Below, in pieces: positions 49,601-57,569 of a DNA stretch of 64,000 bases. The notes under the pieces were generated by a model, which saw only the letters and a list, made by a program, of their open reading frames with translations, searched no databases and was not told the origin of the DNA. The position numbers and the translations under genes are program-made. Origin of the DNA: Nitrospirota bacterium (lineage in GTDB: Bacteria; Nitrospirota; Thermodesulfovibrionia; Thermodesulfovibrionales; JdFR-85); assembly GCA_015492645.1 (NCBI GenBank), contig WGER01000027.1, forward strand, positions 11,396 to 75,395, written 5' to 3'. Positions within the stretch are counted from its first letter, which is position 1; every line of letters starts with the position of its first letter.

Positions 49601-52600
49601 ATGATTCCCATGCTTTACAAAGGGCTCTGCAGCGTGTGTGAGGGAGACCTCTCGACTCAGGAAGTTGAAGAAGGCACTTGCCAGAGGACAGGAATACATC
49701 TCTGTTTCAGGCCTGAAGACAGACTCTTGGAGGAGTTTGAGGAATTTTTTAGCAGGGCCACAGGCAATCCACTTCGTCAGTTACAGAGGTTCTGGAGCAG
49801 GAGGGTCTTTTCAGGAGAGAGTTTCACCGCAGTAGCCCCACCAGGTGTTGGCAAGACCACCTTCGGTATCCTGATGGCTCTCTTTATGGCAACAAGGGGT
49901 AAGAGTGCCTATATACTGCTACCCACCACACTTCTGGTAAGGCAGACAGTGGAAAATATGGGGCTCTATCTGGAGAGGCTTAACCTCAGGGCAGGATTCA
50001 ATGAAGAAGGCAGGATAACCATCTGTTTTTACCCGCTCCAGAAGGGCCAGAAAAAGGAGGCCTTCCTGGAGATGCTCTCCTCACAGCGGTATCAGATCCT
50101 TGTAACCACCTCACAGTACCTCGCCCGCAATTTCTCTGTCCTGAAGGAGAAGGTCTTCCAGTTCATCTTTGTGGATGATGTGGACTCCGTGCTGAAGGGC
50201 TCAAGGAATGTAGAAAAGATACTCCATCTGCTCGGTCTCAGAAAGACAAAGGAGGGATACAGCAACCGATCTGGTGGGGTCCTCATGGTCTCCACAGCCA
50301 CTGCCAGGGCGGGCAGGAAACTGGCTCTCTTGAAAGAGGCCCTCGGGCTTGATGTGGGCAGTTCTAACATTACACTCAGAAATATTGAAGACATACTCTG
50401 TACAGACAGGTCCATGAATACCCTCAAAAAGATCCTGACCATAATGGGACCAGGAGGATTAATCTATACCAGGACCAGACAGGAGGCAGAGGAACTGCTT
50501 CAATCTCTCGGAAGTGAATTCAGGATAGGGCTCGTCACCTCTGAAACAAAGGAGGATTATGATGCCTTTGTGAATGGGGATATCGACTATCTCGTGGGGA
50601 CCTCATCTTATTATGGTTCCTTGGTAAGGGGGATAGACCTGCCTGAAAGGGTCCGTTTCTGTGTATTCTGGGGTGCACCTGTGTTCACTGTGAGAGTAAC
50701 ATCCCTTGATACCCTTCCGGAGGGGTTGGTGAGGCTCATAGGTGGGGCTTACAGGGAGAGGGAAGAGGTGAGGGATCTGCTCCTGCAGTTGAAGGGTAGA
50801 AGGAAGGAAGAGGCCCTTTCAAGGTTGAGGCAACTATTGAGGGAACTGCTCAAAGAGGCCCCTCCATCATCTGACATCATTCTGAGAGAGGCGGAGGTGA
50901 TACTGCCTGATATAAGGACATACATACAGGGCTCGGGACGGACCTGCCGCCTCTTCAGAGGCGGGCTAACAAAGGGGGCTTCCTTCCTGATGGAAGATGA
51001 TGAAGATGTGCTTCAAGCCTTTGTCCAGAGGGGCAGATTCTATGACATAGAGTTCAAGATCTTCCATGAGGTCGATTTTAAAAGACTGAGAGAGGATCTG
51101 GAGACCTCCAGAAGTCCTCTTAAAGAAACTGCTCAGGATCTGATACAGCCTACTCTCTTTGTGGTAGAAAGCCCCACAAAGGCGTTCCAGATCTCCCGTT
51201 TCTTTGGACGGCCAAGTGTGAAGGTCCTGGGAGAAGGACCTGACAGGTTGCTGATATACGAGGTGGCAGCACCAGGCAGGGTCTTGCTCATAACCGCCTG
51301 TATAGGCCACCTCTGTGATCTCACAACCGACGAGGCCTACTATGGGGTGAGAGTGGATGGGACCTTTCTGCCTGTATACACATCAATAAAGAGGTGCCTG
51401 CAGTGTAACTACCAGTTCACAGAACCCCGTCCTTTTTGTCCAAAGTGTCACGGGCAGCAGATATCTGACAGCCTTCACCGGATCAAACTTCTGCAGAGGC
51501 TGGCACACCAGGCCGGTCACATTATAGTGGGTACAGACCCTGATACTGAGGGAGAAAAGATCGCCTGGGACCTGAGGAATCTGCTCGCAGGCTGTGGGGT
51601 GGTAGAGAGGGCAGAATTCCACGAGGTGACCCCCAGGGCAGTGATGGAGGCGCTTCAGGATCTGAGACAGATAAGTGAACCCCTGGTCAAGGCACAGATG
51701 CTCAGACGGATAGAGGACAGATGGATCGGGTTCTCCCTCAGCCATATCCTCTGGCACCACTTCCAAGAGGGGAATCTGTCGGCAGGCAGGGCACAGACAC
51801 CGGTGCTCGGCTGGATAATAGACAATGCAGAGGCCCAGAAGAGAAAGAACCCCGCCCTGTACATAGAGGAATATGACCTCCTTCTGAAGGAGGAATTACA
51901 ACCATCAGAGATCGCTGAAGGGGAGACCACCATAGAGGTCGAGAGGATAGAGTCCACTCTGACCGAGGTGAACCCACCACCCCCCTATACCACAGAGACG
52001 ATGCTATCAGATGCGAATCTGATACTGAGACTCGGTGCCCAGGAGGCGATGAAGGTGACACAGAACCTGTTTGAATCAGGTCTGATCACCTATCACAGGA
52101 CTGACTCTACTGCGGTCAGTCAGACAGGGCTGAAGGTTGCCCAGGATTACCTCCGTTCAGACTTTCATCCGCGGAGATATGCCTCTGAAGGTGCCCATGA
52201 GTGTATAAGACCCACGCGACCCATCCCGAAGGAGACCCTTCTGAGGCTTGTGGATGAGGGTGTTATACCCGTGGAGGGGTTTACCTGGAAGGAGTATGCC
52301 CTTTATGACCTGGTGTTCAGGAGGTTCATGGCGAGCCAGTGTCCACCCTGTATGACCCAGAGGGAGAGGTACCGTATAAAGGTTTCAGGGAAGGAGTTTC
52401 TGGAAGACAGGGTGGTAGAGGCAAAGGGCAGGGCAGTGGATCTCTACCGATGGTTCATAAGGGTCAAGGTCCCCCTGCCTGAGGGTATACACACTGTAAG
52501 GGGCCGGAGGCTCTGGATACCAGAGGCATACCCCTTTACTGAATCTGATATCGTAAGACAGATGAAACAGAAAGGGATCGGGAGACCATCCACCTATGCC

Positions 52601-52855
52601 ACTATCATAGAGAAACTCCTGCAGAGGGATTATATAACAAAGAGGAATGGCCGCATCTACCCGACCACTAAGGGCAGGAGGGTATATGACTACCTCATGA
52701 GCCGGTTTCCTGATCTCCTCTCAGAGGAGAGGACTCGATTGCTTGAGGAGAAGATGGACAGGGTGGAAAGGGGAGAACTCCAGTATGAAGACTGTCTGAG
52801 GGAACTGTACAGGGAGGTGAGGGAGGCGGAGGAGAGGGGACTCCGTGAGATATAA
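49601..52855 (+). CDS. rgy: reverse gyrase
   Basis: N-terminal zinc-finger Cys pair (CSVCEG). Helicase-like module (APPGVGKTT, FVDDVDS). Topoisomerase IA module: TOPRIM LFVVESPTKA, DPDTEGEKIA, active-site Tyr context LITYHRTDST. Total 1084 aa. Confidence 0.93.
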   Translation: MIPMLYKGLCSVCEGDLSTQEVEEGTCQRTGIHLCFRPEDRLLEEFEEFFSRATGNPLRQLQRFWSRRVFSGESFTAVAPPGVGKTTFGILMALFMATRGKSAYILLPTTLLVRQTVENMGLYLERLNLRAGFNEEGRITICFYPLQKGQKKEAFLEMLSSQRYQILVTTSQYLARNFSVLKEKVFQFIFVDDVDSVLKGSRNVEKILHLLGLRKTKEGYSNRSGGVLMVSTATARAGRKLALLKEALGLDVGSSNITLRNIEDILCTDRSMNTLKKILTIMGPGGLIYTRTRQEAEELLQSLGSEFRIGLVTSETKEDYDAFVNGDIDYLVGTSSYYGSLVRGIDLPERVRFCVFWGAPVFTVRVTSLDTLPEGLVRLIGGAYREREEVRDLLLQLKGRRKEEALSRLRQLLRELLKEAPPSSDIILREAEVILPDIRTYIQGSGRTCRLFRGGLTKGASFLMEDDEDVLQAFVQRGRFYDIEFKIFHEVDFKRLREDLETSRSPLKETAQDLIQPTLFVVESPTKAFQISRFFGRPSVKVLGEGPDRLLIYEVAAPGRVLLITACIGHLCDLTTDEAYYGVRVDGTFLPVYTSIKRCLQCNYQFTEPRPFCPKCHGQQISDSLHRIKLLQRLAHQAGHIIVGTDPDTEGEKIAWDLRNLLAGCGVVERAEFHEVTPRAVMEALQDLRQISEPLVKAQMLRRIEDRWIGFSLSHILWHHFQEGNLSAGRAQTPVLGWIIDNAEAQKRKNPALYIEEYDLLLKEELQPSEIAEGETTIEVERIESTLTEVNPPPPYTTETMLSDANLILRLGAQEAMKVTQNLFESGLITYHRTDSTAVSQTGLKVAQDYLRSDFHPRRYASEGAHECIRPTRPIPKETLLRLVDEGVIPVEGFTWKEYALYDLVFRRFMASQCPPCMTQRERYRIKVSGKEFLEDRVVEAKGRAVDLYRWFIRVKVPLPEGIHTVRGRRLWIPEAYPFTESDIVRQMKQKGIGRPSTYATIIEKLLQRDYITKRNGRIYPTTKGRRVYDYLMSRFPDLLSEERTRLLEEKMDRVERGELQYEDCLRELYREVREAEERGLREI

Positions 52856-53031
52856 AGTGACTCAGCCTTAGATTGCCCTGAAAACAGGATTTATGCGATA
52901 GATCTGTCAGGCGGGCAGTGCTGGTTCGACATAGAAAATCTCTTTGTGAGACTTAACAAAAACATGGAACAATCTGGGACTCAGAAAAAAGGAGGTGAAG
53001 ATCTGGTATAATTCAAAAAGGATATGGTGAA

Positions 53032-53047
53032 TGTTCCACGTGGAACA
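53032..53047. promoter_or_regulatory. parS centromere site
   Basis: TGTTCCACGTGGAACA, a perfect 16-bp palindrome matching the consensus TGTTNCACGTGNAACA. Lies 4 nt upstream of the parA start and about 20 nt after an extended -10 (TGGTATAAT, 53004-53012). Confidence 0.85.
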
Positions 53048-53051
53048 TAGG

Positions 53052-53822
53052 ATGGGAAAGGTCCTGGCCATAGCAAATCAGAAGGGAGGAGTGGGTAAGA
53101 CCACTACAGCAATCAATCTCGCTGCATCCCTTGCCCTTGCGGGTCGTGAGATACTCCTTGTGGATTCAGACCCACAATGTAATACCACTACAGGACTCGG
53201 TTTTGACAGGGAGGCGGTTGAGCACTCCATATATGAAGTCTTCACAGGGAAGGCGGAACCAGAGGAGGTGCTGTTGAGTACAGAGATTGAGAATCTCTAC
53301 CTGATACCATCCACTGTGGATCTCCTGGCAGTGGAACTGGAACTGGTCAGCATAGCAGAAAGAGAGAGGGTCCTTTCCAGGGCACTACGGCCGATGAGTC
53401 AGAGGTTTGGGTATATAATCATTGACTGTCCTCCATCTCTCGGGCTTCTCACACTCAATGCACTTGTTGCAGCGGACTCTGTTTTGATCCCTGTGCAGTG
53501 TGAGTACTATGCCCTTGAGGGGCTCGGACTCCTGATGAACACAATAAACCTTGTGAGGGGTTCTCTTAATCCGGATCTGAAGGTTGAGGGGATACTGCTG
53601 ACCATGTTTGATGCAAGGACGGTTCTGTCCCGTCAGGTGGCTGAGGAGGTGAGACGGTTCTTCCCCTCAGAGGTGTATGAGACGGTGATACCCAGGAATG
53701 TGACTCTCAGTGAGGCCCCAAGCCATGGAAAGCCCGTGATCCTGTACGATGCAAGGTCAAAGGGTGCGCAGAGTTATCTACAACTCGCAAAGGAGATACT
53801 CCATGAAGACGGCACTGGGTAA
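53052..53822 (+). CDS. parA: chromosome partitioning ATPase ParA/Soj
   Basis: [24 protein letters not shown] deviant Walker A. The ORF-track start 53031 lies inside parS. Confidence 0.93.
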   Translation: MGKVLAIANQKGGVGKTTTAINLAASLALAGREILLVDSDPQCNTTTGLGFDREAVEHSIYEVFTGKAEPEEVLLSTEIENLYLIPSTVDLLAVELELVSIAERERVLSRALRPMSQRFGYIIIDCPPSLGLLTLNALVAADSVLIPVQCEYYALEGLGLLMNTINLVRGSLNPDLKVEGILLTMFDARTVLSRQVAEEVRRFFPSEVYETVIPRNVTLSEAPSHGKPVILYDARSKGAQSYLQLAKEILHEDGTG

Positions 53823-54624
53823 AGGACTGAAGGCTCTTATACCTGAGGGACCCTCCCCACAGGGGGTGGTTGAGGTCCCTCTGGAAAGCATTAAGGCCAA
53901 CCCCCTCCAGCCGAGGAAGGTCTTTGATGAGGAGAGCCTCCAGGAACTGGCAGACTCTATAAGGCAGAAGGGTGTGCTACAGCCCCTAATTGTCCGTAAG
54001 GATGAGGAGGGCTATATCTTGGTGGCGGGAGAGAGGCGGCTGAGGGCAGCCAGGATGGCAGGGATGAAGAAGGTTCCGGTGATAGTTAAGGAACTGACGG
54101 ACCCTGAGACCCTGGAGGTTGCACTCGTTGAGAACATACAGAGGGATGACCTGAACCCCCTGGAGATGGCTGAGGCGATCCAGAGGCTTGTGGAGGAGTT
54201 TGGTTACACCCAGGAGGAGGTGGCAAAGAGGGTGGGCAGAGACAGGGCAACCGTGGCCAATTACCTGAGAATCCTTAAACTCCCTCCACCGATAAAGGAG
54301 GCCCTCCTGAAGGGACAACTCAGTCTGGGGCATGCGAAGGCGATCCTGGCACTTCCCTCAAAGGCGGCCCAGATTGAACTGGCAAGGCGGGTGATACAGA
54401 GGGGGCTGAGTGTGAGGCAGACAGAGGCACTCGCAACAGGGGGCGGCAGTCGGCAGAAGAGGCCCGGAAAGCAGGATCCGAACATCCTGGCGCTTGAAGA
54501 GAGATTAAAGAGGGCCCTGGGGACTAAGGTGGCCCTGAAAGATAAAGGGGGAAAGGGCAAGATAGAGATAGAGTACTACAGTCTCGATGAACTGGACAGG
54601 CTCATAGCCCTTCTCACCTCTTGA
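53803..54624 (+). CDS. parB: chromosome partitioning protein ParB/Spo0J
   Basis: SD aaggag before ATG 53803. [47 protein letters not shown]. Confidence 0.93.
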   Translation: MKTALGKGLKALIPEGPSPQGVVEVPLESIKANPLQPRKVFDEESLQELADSIRQKGVLQPLIVRKDEEGYILVAGERRLRAARMAGMKKVPVIVKELTDPETLEVALVENIQRDDLNPLEMAEAIQRLVEEFGYTQEEVAKRVGRDRATVANYLRILKLPPPIKEALLKGQLSLGHAKAILALPSKAAQIELARRVIQRGLSVRQTEALATGGGSRQKRPGKQDPNILALEERLKRALGTKVALKDKGGKGKIEIEYYSLDELDRLIALLTS

Positions 54625-54649
54625 GGGGTTACTGCTCATTATTTTGAAT

Positions 54650-54886
54650 ATGAGAGTCCTATGTAGTCCTTCTAATGAGGTAGAACTCACGCTCCTGAAG
54701 AGCCTCCTCGATTCAGAGGGCATACCCTATCAGGTGAGGAGCGAGTTTTTCAGTTCATCAGAGGTGGGTCCTTTTATATCCCCCTTTAACATAAAGACCG
54801 TGCTGGTAAGAGAGGTGGACTACGACAGGGCAAAGAGGCTCCTGGAGGTCCTCAAGGGATCTGATTTTGAAAGCCCTGGGGCGTAA
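54650..54886 (+). CDS. DUF2007-like small protein
   Basis: About 78 aa. The N-terminal pattern VELTLLKSLLDSEGIPYQV resembles the putative signal-transducing DUF2007 fold. Confidence 0.5.
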   Translation: MRVLCSPSNEVELTLLKSLLDSEGIPYQVRSEFFSSSEVGPFISPFNIKTVLVREVDYDRAKRLLEVLKGSDFESPGA

Positions 54887-54901
54887 AAGGGTGTTTCAGA
54901 T

Positions 54902-56437
54902 ATGAGTAGAGCGGAAGAAGTAAGACAGTTTTTCGGTAAGAGGGTCAGGGGGTTCATCTCAGAGTTTGAGATAGCCGATTCTGGTTTTCTTATACTCAGG
55001 GTTGTTGCCCTTCTTGGTGGGTATATCTGGTCCATACTCGCACAGATTGAACCTGTTCAGAGAGAGCGACTCCATTACATACTCCTGTATTTCTTTTTCT
55101 ACTGTCTCTTCCTTTATCTCCTGCTATTTTTCTTTTTCTCTCAGAAGAAGAGGATCTATGTGCTTTCGCTCTTTCTGGATATGTCCTTTTTATATATGCT
55201 CATAAGCAGTACAGGTGGATTCAATAGTAGTTACTTTGTGGGGCTCTATCTGCTAACCGTGCTCCATTCCTTTTATTATGGATATGCCTTTGGGGCATTT
55301 GTGGCTACACTTTCTGCACTGGTTTATCTGGTCGCAGGCAGGTTCCAGTTCGGTATGATACACTGGACTGAACTGTCACTCAGGATCGCCTTCCTCTTTC
55401 TGATAGCCCTACCAGTGGGTATCCTCTCAGACAGATTGAGGGCAGACAAGGAGAGGATCGAGACCCTGAACAGGGAACTGCTACAGAGGATAGAGGAGAT
55501 CAAGAACCTCCAGGCCAGACTGATAGAGTCAGAGAAACTCTCTGCCCTCGGGAAGATGACTGCCGATGTTGCCCATGAGATAAGGAATCCGCTGTCTGCC
55601 ATTGGGGGATTTGCGAAGAGGCTCAAGAAGGCCCTGAAGAGTGACTCCAAGGAGATGAGATATGTGGATATCATATGTGATGAGGTTCTCAGACTGGAGA
55701 GGACACTGAGGGATGTACTGACCTTTTCACGAGAGGCAAAATATCACCTCCGGTATAATGAGATAAATGATGTAGTGGATAAGGCCCTGGAGTTCTTTGA
55801 AGAGGCATGTCAGGAGAGGGATATCGTGATTGTGAGAGACTATGACAACAGTCTCCCCCAGGTACTGATAGACGCAGAACAGGTCACACAGGTCCTTCAT
55901 AATCTGATAATGAACTCTATTGATGCTATGCCAGAGGGTGGTACCCTCACCTTGAGTACAAGGATGGACACAGAACATTCAGTTGATTATATAGTGATAG
56001 ATGTTATTGATACCGGTTCTGGGATACCTGAGGACAAGATAGACCGCATCTTTGAGCCCTTTTTTACCACAAAGGAGATAGGGCATGGCACAGGTCTTGG
56101 CCTTTCCATATGCAAAAAGATCATGGAAGAACACCGGGGCAGGATAAAGGTCTGTAGCATTTCAGGCACTGGTACCTCCTTCAGCCTCTATTTCCCCTAT
56201 GTCGCACCTGAAGATGCCTTCAAGACGCAGTGCTGGGAATATATGAAGTGTGGAATAGAAAGGGCGGATGACGCGATACACAGGGGCTGTCCAGCCTATC
56301 CTATTTACGGCAGGGTATGCTGGGTGGTGGCTGGTACCTACTGCGAGGGGAGGGTCAAGGGGGCTATAGCACAGAAGATAGGCGACTGCTCAAAGTGTGA
56401 GTTTTATCAGAGGCTTGTGATCAGAAAGGACCTCTGA
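54902..56437 (+). CDS. membrane sensor histidine kinase with C-terminal Cys/Trp-rich (two-CW-like) domain
   Basis: About five N-terminal TM helices, coiled coil, H-box DVAHEIRNPLSAIGG, G-boxes DTGSGIP and GTGLGLSI. Tail CWEYMKC...CP...CWVVAGTYC...CSKC. Confidence 0.88.
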   Translation: MSRAEEVRQFFGKRVRGFISEFEIADSGFLILRVVALLGGYIWSILAQIEPVQRERLHYILLYFFFYCLFLYLLLFFFFSQKKRIYVLSLFLDMSFLYMLISSTGGFNSSYFVGLYLLTVLHSFYYGYAFGAFVATLSALVYLVAGRFQFGMIHWTELSLRIAFLFLIALPVGILSDRLRADKERIETLNRELLQRIEEIKNLQARLIESEKLSALGKMTADVAHEIRNPLSAIGGFAKRLKKALKSDSKEMRYVDIICDEVLRLERTLRDVLTFSREAKYHLRYNEINDVVDKALEFFEEACQERDIVIVRDYDNSLPQVLIDAEQVTQVLHNLIMNSIDAMPEGGTLTLSTRMDTEHSVDYIVIDVIDTGSGIPEDKIDRIFEPFFTTKEIGHGTGLGLSICKKIMEEHRGRIKVCSISGTGTSFSLYFPYVAPEDAFKTQCWEYMKCGIERADDAIHRGCPAYPIYGRVCWVVAGTYCEGRVKGAIAQKIGDCSKCEFYQRLVIRKDL

Positions 56438-56492
56438 AGGTCGACTAATTTAGGTACATGGCTGTGGTATACTTATATAAAATATATAAAAT

Positions 56493-57569
56493 ATGAAGAT
56501 AGCCATCACTGCAGACCTGCACCTGAGGGAGGACAGACCAGAAAGGCTCAATACCCTGAGGAGACTTCTCGAGGCCCTCGTCTCTGAAGGCATTTCCACA
56601 CTTGTGATTGCTGGGGATCTGTTTGACAGGGAGGCCACAAATTATAGTTTTTTTGATCACCTTGCCAGAGGCTTCCCGGAGATAGGAATTTACATTATAC
56701 CCGGCAACCATGACCCGGGACTCAGCCAGAGACACCTCAGCAGTCCCAATGTAAGGGTCTTCTCTCTGCCGGACTTTCTGGATATTGGCCCAGTCCAGGT
56801 GCTTTTTCTTCCCTACAGTGCCGACAGGCTCATGGACGAGGCCCTTACAGAGGTGTTGGAACAGAAAGACAGGCCCTCAAGATGGGTGCTCATGGGGCAC
56901 GGAGATTACATAGGCGGTTACCACCAGCCCCATCCCTATGAGAAGGGTATCTATATGCCCCTTTCTGCAAGAGCAATAGAGAGATACCAGCCGCAGAAGG
57001 TGATTCTCGGCCACATCCACAGGCCTTACTGGCAGGGTCTCGGGAGGGTCTATTACCCGGGTTCGCCCTGTGGTCTTGATATAAATGAGACCGGTTTAAG
57101 GGGCTTTCTTGTGATGGACCTTGAGACACTGGAAGTAGAGCCGAGGATGCTGGAACCTGAGGTGCTCTACTTTGTGGAGACCATATGGGTCTTTCCGGTG
57201 GATGAGGAGATGGAACTCCTCAGGTCCTCTCTCCAGCAGATGGTCGAGTCCTGGGGGCTCACTGAAGGGTACTTAGAAAAAGTGATACTGAGACTCCATC
57301 TCAAGGGTTATACTCAGGACAGACAGAGGGTAGTGGAGACAGTAAAGGAGTTCCTGTCAGAGAAGGGGATCCGACTTTATGATGGTGGTGAACCAATAGT
57401 GTCAGAACTGGAGAGTCTCCTTGAGGACCCCTATTATGACGAGAGTCAGGCATTAATAAAAAGGATGAGGGCTGTTATAGAGACCCTTGAACTTAAAGAC
57501 CTGAATGAGGGTCATCTCAGAAGGGAGGAGATCCTGGGGGAGGTCCTTCACATCCTCTATGGTCGCTGA
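56493..57569 (+). CDS. calcineurin-like metallophosphoesterase, SbcD/Mre11-type (YhaO/SbcF-like)
   Basis: Motifs ADLHL, GDLFD, GNHD, GHGD, GHIH in canonical order. Confidence 0.8.
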   Translation: MKIAITADLHLREDRPERLNTLRRLLEALVSEGISTLVIAGDLFDREATNYSFFDHLARGFPEIGIYIIPGNHDPGLSQRHLSSPNVRVFSLPDFLDIGPVQVLFLPYSADRLMDEALTEVLEQKDRPSRWVLMGHGDYIGGYHQPHPYEKGIYMPLSARAIERYQPQKVILGHIHRPYWQGLGRVYYPGSPCGLDINETGLRGFLVMDLETLEVEPRMLEPEVLYFVETIWVFPVDEEMELLRSSLQQMVESWGLTEGYLEKVILRLHLKGYTQDRQRVVETVKEFLSEKGIRLYDGGEPIVSELESLLEDPYYDESQALIKRMRAVIETLELKDLNEGHLRREEILGEVLHILYGR

